Below are positions 48,118-56,730 of a stretch of DNA of 64,000 nucleotides, in pieces. A program made the position numbers and the translations under genes. A model generated the notes under the pieces. The model saw only the letters and a program-made list of their open reading frames with translations, did not search any database and was not told where the DNA came from. The number at the start of each line of letters is the position of its first letter. Position 1 is the first letter of the stretch. Origin of the DNA: an uncultured Actinomycetes bacterium (lineage in GTDB: Bacteria; Actinomycetota; UBA4738; HRBIN12); the NCBI GenBank assembly GCA_963734275.1, contig CAVTGO010000006.1, positions 97,503 to 161,502 of the forward strand, read 5' to 3'.

Positions 48118-48495
48118 TTATTGCGGGGCGGGCATCGGGCTCATGATCTGGAAGTAGTTGTCGTCCGGATCGGCGAACGTCGCGATCGCCATCCCTGCGA
48201 CCTCGTCACCGGGCTGGCCCGGGTCGTACGGCTCCTGGACCACCGTGGCACCGGCCGCCTTGAACCGCTCGAACTCGGCCTTCACGTCCGGCGTCTCGAT
48301 GTTCCACAGGATCCGGCCGGGGGCGGGGTTCTTGCCCTTGACCTGATCGTGTGGCCCGATCGTGAGCGCGCCGTTGCCGATCATCCAGCCCGTGTAGCCG
48401 TTCTCGTCCCATGTCGGGTCTCCGAAGAGCTTGGAGTAGTACTCCACCAGCCCCTTCGGGTTCTCGGACCCGATCAAGATGCTGTTCAGGTTCAT
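48118..48495 (-). CDS. VOC/glyoxalase-family protein
   Basis: Track ORF of 125 aa ending FADPDDNYFQI. GAAAGGGG lies before the ATG. Confidence 0.75.
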   Translation of the reverse strand: MNLNSILIGSENPKGLVEYYSKLFGDPTWDENGYTGWMIGNGALTIGPHDQVKGKNPAPGRILWNIETPDVKAEFERFKAAGATVVQEPYDPGQPGDEVAGMAIATFADPDDNYFQIMSPMPAPQ

Positions 48496-48624
48496 GCTGA
48501 CCCCTTTCTCGTCGACGCCCCTCGTGACTCGGGCTTCTCTCTCTCATCCTCTCTCATCGATTGTCCCTGATTGGACTGAGTGTGACCTCGGAACTCATCG
48601 GTGTGCCTGGCGTCATGGTTCGGA

Positions 48625-49257
48625 TCAGCTGAGCCGCCGGTTCGCAGCCCATCGGCTGAGCTCGTATCGATTCGTCAGCTGCAGCTTCCGCAGGACGGCG
48701 CTCACATGGGTCTCGATGGTCTTGATGCCGACGCCCAGCTCCCGGGCAACTTCCTTGTAGGCGTAGCCACGGGCGATGTACCGGAGAACCTCTCGCTCCC
48801 TGGGAGTGAGCTGGTCGAGCTCGGGATCGACATGTGGCGTCTCGCCGTCGGCGAACGAATCGAGCACGAACCCCGCGAGCCTCGGCGAGAAGACGGCATC
48901 GCCCTCTCGTACGCGGCGGATCGAGCTCGCAAGCTCGGAGGGCGAGATCGACTTCGTGACGTAGCCCCTCGCGCCTGCCCGGATCACCGCGATGACATCC
49001 TCGGCCGCGTCCGAGACGCTGAGCGCGAGGAACCGCACCTTCGGCTTCGAGCGGCCGATCGCCTCGACAACCGCGGCACCGCTGCCGTCGGGCAGGTGCA
49101 CGTCAAGGAGCACGACATCCGGCTCCGCTTTCGGAATCGCCTCGATGGCCTCGGCGACCGTCCCTGCCGACCCGACGACCTCGAACTCCACACCCAGCTC
49201 GCCGCGGACCCCGCTCGCGAAGAGCTCGTGATCCTCGACGAGGAACACCTTGATCAC
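48625..49257 (-). CDS. two-component response regulator, NarL/LuxR family
   Basis: This is the last 210 codons of track ORF 48625..49677 from the GTG at 49255-49257 (GTGA overlap with the kinase stop): VVLLDVHLPDGSG and the HTH LTPREREVLRYIARGYAYKEVA. Confidence 0.9.
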   Translation of the reverse strand: MIKVFLVEDHELFASGVRGELGVEFEVVGSAGTVAEAIEAIPKAEPDVVLLDVHLPDGSGAAVVEAIGRSKPKVRFLALSVSDAAEDVIAVIRAGARGYVTKSISPSELASSIRRVREGDAVFSPRLAGFVLDSFADGETPHVDPELDQLTPREREVLRYIARGYAYKEVARELGVGIKTIETHVSAVLRKLQLTNRYELSRWAANRRLS

Positions 49258-50450
49258 GCGCGGCTCCGGGGGATCCGCAGGGCGACCTCCGTACCTTGCC
49301 CCGGCTGGCTCTCGATGACCGCGACGCCGCCGTTGCGCTCCATGCGGCGCTCGATCGACTCGGCGATGCCGTGGCGGTCGGGCGGGATGCTCGAGCGCGA
49401 GAAGCCGACACCCTGGTCGCGCACGAACGCCGTGACCTGGTCGTCCTCGACCTCGACGTAGACCGACACGCCGCGAGCGCCAGAGTGACGGGCAGCGTTC
49501 ACCATCGCCTCGCGACTCGCATGCACGAGCGCGAACACGCCGTCGTCGAGCGGGCAGTCCCCCACCATCACGACCTCGACGCGCGTGCGGTGGGTACGCT
49601 CGACCTCCGCGGCGACGGTGTCGAACGCGGCCGAAAGCGAGTCGGCGCCGCCGACGGGGGTCTTGCCGTACAGCCACGTGCGGAGCTCACGCTCCTGGCC
49701 GCGCGCCAGGGCGACTATCTCGCCAGGGTCTTCGGTGCGCTGGATCAGCGCGAGGGTCTGGAGCACCGAGTCGTGCAGGTGCGCGGCCATCTCGGCGCGC
49801 TCCTCGGAGCGGATGCGCTCGCGGCGCTCCTCGGTGACCTGCCGGGCCAGGCGCATCACCCACGGTCCGGCGATGACCGTGACGCCGAGGAGCACCGCTG
49901 CGACCGCGAACGGGGCGCTCAGGCCGAGCGGGCGGTTGGTGGACAGGAACGCGACGAGCGCGCCGAACACGAGCAGGCCGCCGATCGCGAGCCGGATCCG
50001 GCCGACGTCGGTGGGGTTCGAGACCCAGCGACCCCAGCGAGCGCGGTCGGCCTCCGCGCCGCGGGTGTAGAGCACGGCCGAGCCGAGACCGAGGAGCGCC
50101 GCCGGCCAGCCGACGCCGTCGCCGAACCAGAGGCCAGCCTGGCGGAGCAGGAGCAGCATGCCCCCGACGATCAGCGAGACAGCCAGCACCTGCTGCGGGC
50201 TGCTCCCCGGACGGGGGACGCGAGCTTCGGGGTCGGGCGCGCGCGAGACGAGCGCGGCGGCCACGTAGAGGAGTACGCCCACACCGCCGGCCAGCGCGAG
50301 CACGACGAGGGCCAGCCGGACGATCACGGGGTCCGCGCCGAGGCGCTCCCCCAGGCCGCCGGCGACCCCGGCCAGCACGCGGTCGCCGGAGCTGCGTCGG
50401 AACACCGACCCGATGGTGGCACGTCTTCGGCCGGGCGGCATCGGGGACAT
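49254..50450 (-). CDS. PspC-domain sensor histidine kinase (HisKA_3 type)
   Basis: Track ORF of 398 aa. N-terminal PspC motif RVLAGVAGGLGERLGADPVIVRLALVVL, TM helices, H-box AHLHDSVLQTL and an HATPase C-terminus. Confidence 0.85.
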   Translation of the reverse strand: MSPMPPGRRRATIGSVFRRSSGDRVLAGVAGGLGERLGADPVIVRLALVVLALAGGVGVLLYVAAALVSRAPDPEARVPRPGSSPQQVLAVSLIVGGMLLLLRQAGLWFGDGVGWPAALLGLGSAVLYTRGAEADRARWGRWVSNPTDVGRIRLAIGGLLVFGALVAFLSTNRPLGLSAPFAVAAVLLGVTVIAGPWVMRLARQVTEERRERIRSEERAEMAAHLHDSVLQTLALIQRTEDPGEIVALARGQERELRTWLYGKTPVGGADSLSAAFDTVAAEVERTHRTRVEVVMVGDCPLDDGVFALVHASREAMVNAARHSGARGVSVYVEVEDDQVTAFVRDQGVGFSRSSIPPDRHGIAESIERRMERNGGVAVIESQPGQGTEVALRIPRSRA

Positions 50451-50500
50451 CCCGGAGGCCCGGGCACGCGGTCTCAGGGTTTTTCCAGGGACATCCCGGA
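50444..50500. repeat. 13-nt direct repeat GGGACATCCCGGA x2 in the divergent PspC promoter region
   Basis: Copies lie at 50444-50456 (it contains the kinase ATG) and 50488-50500, 44 nt start-to-start. On the minus strand the second copy opens a 6-codon uORF, MSLEKP* (50494-50474). Confidence 0.6.
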
Positions 50501-50527
50501 TGGCGCGCGGCCCGGGCGGTCGGCAGG

Positions 50528-51856
50528 ATGGGCTCGATGATCGACGAGCCGCGCCCGACGGTGACCCAGGAGGCGCCCGTGCGTGCTCCGCGCCGCCGGC
50601 TCCGGCGCCGAGGCGAGGACGACCGCGTGATCGCCGGCGTCGCGGGCGGGATCGCCGACCGGTTCGACATCTCGACCACCCTGGTGCGAGGCGTGTTCGG
50701 GGCCGCGGCGGTCGGCTTCGTCCTGTTCGCGTTCCGGGCGCTCGTCGGGGATGCGCCGTTCAGGCTGCTCAGTGAGCTCGGTCTCGGCCGACTCGGGCGG
50801 TTCGAGCGGCTCCTCGTGCTCTTCTCGTGGCTCGGTGTCCTCACGTACTTCGTGCTCTGGGGCCTGGTCCCGGCCGAGGACCTCCCGGACTCCGCGGGCC
50901 AGCGCGCCGCGCGGCGGGTCCCGAGGGTCGCGAGGCACCTGCGGACCTGGCTCGGCGTCGTCCTGATCGTGGCCGGCATCGCCTTCGTCGGCGAGGAGTT
51001 GAACCTGTGGGATGAAGGGGTCGCCTTCGCCGCGATCCTGATCGCACTCGGCGTGATGCTGTACCGGCGCGACCAGCAGGTCGTCGAGGAGACGTTCGGG
51101 GCTCCGCCAGAGCCTCGGCTGGAGCCCTCGTCCCCGCAGCCGGCCGCCGTGGAGGTACCCGTGAGGATCCGAGCGCCTCGGGAGCGCTCGCCGCTCGGGT
51201 GGATCGTGCTGGGCGTCGCCCTGCTCGCGGTGGGCGTCGCGGCGATCGCGGTCAACCTCGGCGTGGGTCACCTCACGTTGCAGCAGTACCCGGCGATCGC
51301 GCTGCTCGTGCTCTCGATCGGCATGCTGGTCGGGGCGTTCGTCGGGCGGGCCCGTTGGCTGTCGGTCGTCGCGGTGCTCGTCGTGCCGTTCCTGCTAGCG
51401 GCGAGCCTGATCCACGTGCCGCTCGAGGGCGGGTACGGCGACGTCTACGTGCGGGCCCGGACATCGGGCGCCGTCGCGGGGAGCTACCAACGCGTAGGGG
51501 GCGGGATCTTCCTCGACCTCACCCCCCTGAAGGGCGACGACGGTCGGCTCTTCACGAGCGTCACGACGGGTTTCGGCGACGTGAACGTGTTGGTGCCGTA
51601 CGACGCGCACGTGGTGCTCTCGGCCGAGGTCGGCGCCGGCGAGATCTGGATCGGGGCGCGGAACGAGGAGGGTGCCGAGATCGCGGTCTCGGGCGTTCGG
51701 TGGGAGCCGAAGTACGGGGACGGCGTGACGTTCGAGATCGCGGCGGCCCTGGGGATCGGAAGCGTGTGGATCACCCGGGTCGCGCCGACGAAGAAGGAGA
51801 AGCGGCTGCTCGAGCGGGAGCTGCGGCTGGCGGAGCGCGAGGGGGCGGCCGCGTGA
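50528..51856 (+). CDS. PspC-domain membrane protein
   Basis: Track ORF of 442 aa: RVIAGVAGGIADRFDISTTLVRGVF, multiple TM helices and a beta-rich C-terminal domain. Confidence 0.8.
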   Translation: MGSMIDEPRPTVTQEAPVRAPRRRLRRRGEDDRVIAGVAGGIADRFDISTTLVRGVFGAAAVGFVLFAFRALVGDAPFRLLSELGLGRLGRFERLLVLFSWLGVLTYFVLWGLVPAEDLPDSAGQRAARRVPRVARHLRTWLGVVLIVAGIAFVGEELNLWDEGVAFAAILIALGVMLYRRDQQVVEETFGAPPEPRLEPSSPQPAAVEVPVRIRAPRERSPLGWIVLGVALLAVGVAAIAVNLGVGHLTLQQYPAIALLVLSIGMLVGAFVGRARWLSVVAVLVVPFLLAASLIHVPLEGGYGDVYVRARTSGAVAGSYQRVGGGIFLDLTPLKGDDGRLFTSVTTGFGDVNVLVPYDAHVVLSAEVGAGEIWIGARNEEGAEIAVSGVRWEPKYGDGVTFEIAAALGIGSVWITRVAPTKKEKRLLERELRLAEREGAAA

Positions 51857-52092
51857 AGCCGCATCGGTTCGATCCGATCTCGTTCGTCCTCGGCCTCGTG
51901 TTCCTGGTAGTCGCCCTCGCCTTCCTCGGTGGCGAGCGGAGCGTGGCCGACATCGGCGAGGTGTGGCTGTGGGCCCTGCCGGTGAGCGCGGTCGGGCTGT
52001 TGATCGTCGCGTACGGACTGCGACGCGCGCTACTGCGCGAGGAGGAGCCGTCGCCGCCGGATCATGTCGGCCGCGCCGACGACGAAACGTAG
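51853..52092 (+). CDS. small two-TM membrane protein
   Basis: Tail of track ORF 51199..52092. The GTG at 51853 overlaps the upstream stop (GTGA): FVLGLVFLVVALAFL...ALPVSAVGLLIVAYGL. Confidence 0.45.
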   Translation: MKPHRFDPISFVLGLVFLVVALAFLGGERSVADIGEVWLWALPVSAVGLLIVAYGLRRALLREEEPSPPDHVGRADDET

Positions 52093-52170
52093 CGCGGCTC
52101 CATCGGAACTACCCGGCCGGGTGTGACGTGGTTCACTGCGCGTCGAACGCGCGGTCGGTACCGTCGGCGC

Positions 52171-53349
52171 ATGGGCATGCTGCGATCGGCCTTCGACGAG
52201 CTGCGGGCCGAGGATCTGCGCTTCGCGGGAGACGACGATCTGGAGTCCGACCTCGTCGAGCTCGAGCGCGCGGCTGGCATCCTCGAGGTCGAGCGATCCC
52301 GACGCATCCTCGAGTTCGAGCGTCGGCAGGTCTTCCGGCGCGACGGGCATCTATCGGTCGCGTCGTGGATCGCCGCGCGGTTCCGGCTCTCGTGGTCGTC
52401 GGCGATGGGGCAGGTCCGACAGGCGCGGGCCTTGGACCGGATGCCGCGTGCGCGTTCGGCGCTCGCGGAGGGCGAGGTGTCGCGATCGGCGGTCGGGATG
52501 CTCGCCACGGCGCGCGAAGCGGACCCGTACGCGTTCGCGCGCGCCGAGGCCGGACTGGTCGAGGCCGCCCGCTCCATGCCGATGGCGGAGCTGAAGGGCA
52601 CCCTCGCCTACTGGCGGCAGGTCGCCGAGCCCCAGCGCTTCGAGCGTGAGCACGAGCGCATGCTGGAGCGTCGACGGCTCCACGTGTCGGCCACGTTCGA
52701 GGGCATGGTGCGCGTCGACGGCGACCTCGACCCCGAGACCGGGCAGACGCTAATGACGGCGCTCCGCAGCATCCAGGACGCGCATACGCGGAGTGGCCCC
52801 GATCTGCGGAACCCGGCGCAGCGGCGGGCGGACGCCATCGGCGAGCTCAGCCGCTGGTGGCTCGACGGGTCGGACCGGCCGGTGGTGGCCGGCGAGCGCC
52901 CGCACGTGACCGTGACGATGGACCTCGAGGCGCTCGAGGGGCGCGTGGGCCGGCGGTGCCAGCTCGACGACGCGGGGAGGGTGCCCCAGGAGGCGGCGCG
53001 GCGGATCGCGTGCGACGCCACCGTGGCGCGTGTGATCACCTCGGCGCGCTCGGAGCCGCTCGACGTGGGCCGGCGCACATCGGTCGTACCGGCGCCGCTC
53101 CGTCGCGCGGTCGCGATCCGCGATGCGCGCTGCCGGTTCCCGGGCTGCGACCGGCCGCCGGGCTGGTGCGACGCGCACCACGTCCGGCATTGGGCCGATG
53201 GCGGGGCGACCGCGCTCGACAACCTCGTGCTGCTGTGCCGGGCGCATCACCGGATCGTGCACAAGGGCTTCGGGCTGGAGATGGTGGACGGGCGGCCGGC
53301 GTTCTCGCGTCCCGACGGGTCGGTGATCGAGGACCGGGCGCCGCCGTAG
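52171..53349 (+). CDS. HNH endonuclease with DUF222 N-terminal domain (13E12-repeat-like)
   Basis: Track ORF 52123..53349, with the start moved to ATG 52171. Motifs: RCRFPGCDRPPGWCDAHHVRHWADGG...LCRAHHRIVH. Confidence 0.85.
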   Translation: MGMLRSAFDELRAEDLRFAGDDDLESDLVELERAAGILEVERSRRILEFERRQVFRRDGHLSVASWIAARFRLSWSSAMGQVRQARALDRMPRARSALAEGEVSRSAVGMLATAREADPYAFARAEAGLVEAARSMPMAELKGTLAYWRQVAEPQRFEREHERMLERRRLHVSATFEGMVRVDGDLDPETGQTLMTALRSIQDAHTRSGPDLRNPAQRRADAIGELSRWWLDGSDRPVVAGERPHVTVTMDLEALEGRVGRRCQLDDAGRVPQEAARRIACDATVARVITSARSEPLDVGRRTSVVPAPLRRAVAIRDARCRFPGCDRPPGWCDAHHVRHWADGGATALDNLVLLCRAHHRIVHKGFGLEMVDGRPAFSRPDGSVIEDRAPP

Positions 53350-53357
53350 CGGGCGCC

Positions 53358-54902
53358 TCAGTCCTCCTCGTGGCCGTTCCCGTTGGCGTTCGCGTGATCC
53401 GGCGGGCCGGAGCCCTCGTCCTTGCCGTGGTCGTCCTCGGACCCCTCGTCGGGGGCGGGCTCCTCGGTGACGGCTGCGGGCGGGGCCAGCTGGATCGCGA
53501 CCACGACGTCGTCGAGTGCCGCGCCGATCCGTGACGCCGCCTCGATCGTGGCGTCGTCCTCGGAGACGGCCTCGGCCAGGGTCGTGCGCACGTCGTCGAT
53601 CGGCCCGGCTAGCTTCTCGAGGTCGTCGCCCTCCTCGTAGTGCTCGAGGATCGACTCGACGTCCTTGCGCAGATCCCCTGCCACCCCTTCCGTGATCTGG
53701 CCGCCCGCCTGCTCGGCGGCGACGGCGGAGAACAGGCCCGCGAACGCGTCGGTCACGCCGAGCGACCCGGCGGGCGACGTGCTGGCCGTCGGACCCGTGG
53801 GCTCCTCGGTCGTCGCACCCGCCTCCTGGGACCGGCGGAGCTCGCGGCGCGCCCCGGCCAGATCGGAGTCATCGAGGAGCAGGACGGCGAGGACCCCGAG
53901 GATCGCGAGCCCGGCGACGATCGGGATCCAGTTCGGGAAGCCCCGCGACGCCCGGTGCTGCCCCGCGCGGGGCACGATGGGCACGGGCCGGGTCTCGGCC
54001 GCGTCGTCCTCGACCACCGCGACGAGCGGCATCGTTGCGGTCGGGTCATCGTCGATGACCGCAGCCGCGAGGGCGTGCTCGAGCTCGGCCGCCGAACCGT
54101 AGCGCTGCGCCGGATCCTTCTCGAGGGCGCGGACGACGACCGCGTCCAGGTCCTCGGGGACGGGGACCACCGACGAGGGCGGTGGCGCCGGCTCGTTCAC
54201 GTGCTGGTACAGGGCCGCCACGGGTGAGTCCGCGACGAACGGCGGCCGGCCGGCGAGCATCTGGAACACCACGCACCCGAGCGCGTAGATGTCGGATCGC
54301 TCGTCGCCGGGCTCGCCGCGCGCCTGCTCGGGCGACAGGTACGAGGCGCTGCCGATCACCGCGCCGCTGCGGGTGAGCGCGTCGGTCCCGGCGGCACGCG
54401 CGATCCCGAAGTCGAGGACCTTCACGCGGCCGTCCTCGGTGAGCATCACGTTGCCGGGCTTCACGTCACGGTGGATCACGCCGGCCTCGTGGGCGGCCGC
54501 GAGCGCGTGACACACCTCGGCCGCGATGGTGACCACTCGCCGGGGATCGAGGCGTCCCTCACGCTTGAGGAGCTCGCCGAGGGTCTCGCCCTCGACGAGC
54601 TCGGTCACGATGTACTGCGTCTCACCGTCCGAGCCGCTGTCGTAGACCGCGACGATGCTCGGGTGGTTGAGGGAGGCGGCGTGGCGAGCCTCGGCCCGGA
54701 ACCGCCGCACGAAGGACTCGTCCCGGTCGTACGGAGGCGCCAGCACCTTCAGCGCGACGGGGCGGCGGAGCTTGCGGTCGGTCCCGCGATGGACGCGAGC
54801 CATCCCACCCTCGCCGAGCAGGGGCCCGAGCTCGTACCGGTCCGCGAGGACCGTGGTCGCCTGCTGCACCCGAGAACTGTACCCGGAGAGCTGCCCGCTC
54901 AA
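53358..54902 (-). CDS. Ser/Thr protein kinase (Hanks type) with TM helix and acidic extracytoplasmic domain
   Basis: Track ORF of 514 aa: GEGGMARVHRG, VALKVL, HRDVKPGNVML, DFGIAR, SPEQARG, and the TM helix WIPIVAGLAILGVLAVLLL. Confidence 0.92.
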   Translation of the reverse strand: MSGQLSGYSSRVQQATTVLADRYELGPLLGEGGMARVHRGTDRKLRRPVALKVLAPPYDRDESFVRRFRAEARHAASLNHPSIVAVYDSGSDGETQYIVTELVEGETLGELLKREGRLDPRRVVTIAAEVCHALAAAHEAGVIHRDVKPGNVMLTEDGRVKVLDFGIARAAGTDALTRSGAVIGSASYLSPEQARGEPGDERSDIYALGCVVFQMLAGRPPFVADSPVAALYQHVNEPAPPPSSVVPVPEDLDAVVVRALEKDPAQRYGSAAELEHALAAAVIDDDPTATMPLVAVVEDDAAETRPVPIVPRAGQHRASRGFPNWIPIVAGLAILGVLAVLLLDDSDLAGARRELRRSQEAGATTEEPTGPTASTSPAGSLGVTDAFAGLFSAVAAEQAGGQITEGVAGDLRKDVESILEHYEEGDDLEKLAGPIDDVRTTLAEAVSEDDATIEAASRIGAALDDVVVAIQLAPPAAVTEEPAPDEGSEDDHGKDEGSGPPDHANANGNGHEED

Positions 54903-54912
54903 GCCGGGGAAG

Positions 54913-55530
54913 CTACCCGGCCCCGCCGCCGGTCCCGCCGCCGCCTCCTCCGCCTCCGCCCGAGAACCCGCCCGAGCTGAAGCCGCTCGACGAGCTGCTC
55001 GAGCCGGATCCGCCGGTGGTGCTGCGGCTCACGCTCGCCATCGACGACACGACGATGGCCGGGGTCGCGGCCTGGAAGCTGCGCCACGCGTTGATCCCGG
55101 CCAAGCCGCTCGGCCCGCCCGGGATCGGCGAGCGGAGCGTCTCGACCGGCACGAGCGCCGTCACCTGCTTCTCGACCTCGTCGGCCACGTTCAGCGCGAC
55201 GGCCCACTCGAGGTAGCGGTCCCAGATCACGACCGCGAGCGCGGGCGCGTTCGGGAGGTCGGAGAAGTCCTTCAGGTACGTTCGGAACGCGCCGAGCCGC
55301 ATCACGCGCCGACGATCGTCCACGTGCAGCCTCGCCGGGATGATGCGGAGCGCCGCGATCAGGGAGAGCGCCGCGACCGGCACGAGCCACCACCCGATCC
55401 GGCCGCCGAGCCCCCACACGGCCGTCCAGATGCCGTACCCGGCCGCGGCGACGACCACGACCGCCGCCCCCGTGGACTCGAAGCGAGCGTCGCCCTTCTG
55501 GATCCGGCGGATCATGTCGGCGGACTTCAT
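54913..55530 (-). CDS. DUF2207-C-terminal-like membrane protein with Gly/Ser tail (possibly 5'-truncated fragment)
   Basis: This is the last 205 codons of track ORF 54913..56742 from ATG 55530. It has two TM helices, FRTYLKDF...VIWDRYLEWAVALNV and the tail GFSGGGGGGGGGTGGGAG. Its stop lies 10 nt before the kinase start. Confidence 0.5.
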   Translation of the reverse strand: MKSADMIRRIQKGDARFESTGAAVVVVAAAGYGIWTAVWGLGGRIGWWLVPVAALSLIAALRIIPARLHVDDRRRVMRLGAFRTYLKDFSDLPNAPALAVVIWDRYLEWAVALNVADEVEKQVTALVPVETLRSPIPGGPSGLAGINAWRSFQAATPAIVVSSMASVSRSTTGGSGSSSSSSGFSSGGFSGGGGGGGGGTGGGAG

Positions 55531-56730
55531 CCGCACGCCGCTCAGCCACGTGTTGTAACGGGCAGGATGGCCCGGCTGTTGCCAGTGCCGCTGCCAGCGG
55601 AACACCTTGCAGCCGGGGACGCCCAACCGGGTCATCGCCGCGCGCACGAAGTCGGGAACCACGCCCAGGTCCTCCGCCACGATCGTGGCGCCAGACGCCA
55701 GGAACACGCGCAGCACGTGTTCGCCCAGCGCCACCTGCGCCGCTTCCTCGGCCGGGGTGAAACCGAACGCGCCGCCGGGCTCGCGGAAGAACGTGCGGAA
55801 GAAACCGACCACGTGGTCCACCCGGTAGCCGTCGAACAGGTCCGCGTTCCGGCGGGCGCGCGCCGTCAGCCACTCGAACCCGCCGCGCTCCATCACGTCC
55901 CATCGGTAGACGGGCAGGTTCCAGTCCTGACCGGTGTCGCTGAACGCGTCGGGCGGAACGCCGAGCGACACGTCGAGGCGGAATTCGCCTTGACGCGCCC
56001 AGACGTCGGCGCTGTCCAGCGCCACCATGAACGGCAGGTCGCCGAAGATGACCACGTCTCCGGCGGCGTCGCGCGCCGCCCGCCACTGCTCGTCGGCGAT
56101 CCACTGCAGATACGACCGGTAGCGGATCTCGCCGTCCAGCGCGGATTCGCGCGGCCTCGAGCGCCCCGGCTTCCCGGTCGCGCAGCGAAGCCGGCCACTC
56201 GGTCCAGGGGCGGCCGCCGTGCTCGTGATGCAGCGCGCGGAAGAGCGCGTAGGCCTCGATCCACCACTCTTCGCGCTCGACGAAAGCGCGAAACGCCGCG
56301 CGCGCGTCGCCGTGCCGCCGCGTACGTCAACGTCATCGAAGCGCGCGAAGGCGCGGCGCAGCGCGTGATCCTTCAGCGCGCGCACCTCGCGGTAGCTCGA
56401 CGCGGGCGCGAGGCGCGGAGCGCGGCCAGCCTTTCGGTCCACTGCGGCTCGAGCCCGCCCTCGCCGCCCAGGGCCTCGAAATCCGGCAGCCCGGCCAGCG
56501 AGATGAACGCCGGGTCGATCGCCATCCCGCTGAGCGCCGAGTACGGCGACGTCTCGTGCGCTGGCAGCTCGTTGATCGGCAGCAGCTGGATCAGCGACGT
56601 TGGCCGGCCGCCTTCGAGCCAGCGTGCGCAGCGGGCCCAGGCCGCCGATCTCGCCGATGCCCCAGTCCAGCCGCGACCGCAGCGAGAACAGCGGCAGCAT
56701 CAGCCCGGCGCGGCGCCCCGGGCTCATCAT
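55531..56730 (-). pseudogene. malQ: 4-alpha-glucanotransferase (GH77, MalQ) remnant: at least 4 frame changes, C-terminal ~125 aa missing
   Basis: GLMLPLFSLRSRLDWGIGEIGGL, YLQWIADEQW, GDLPFMVALDSADVW, PPDAFSDTGQDWNLPVYRWD, YRVDHVVGFFR, AEDLGVVPDFV, PGCKVFRW. Interior segments (LIQLLPINELPAHETSPYSALSGMAIDP, EREEWWIEAYALF) are readable only in other frames. Confidence 0.8.

Noticed and set aside
54913-55020. GC-rich GGC/GGN/AGC repeats at the 3' end of the DUF2207-like gene, considered as a possible tandem repeat or array.
   Set aside because: They are in frame and encode the Gly/Ser-rich tail (SSSSSSGFSSGGFSGGGGGGGGGTGGGAG) typical of this family. This is not a CRISPR or satellite structure.
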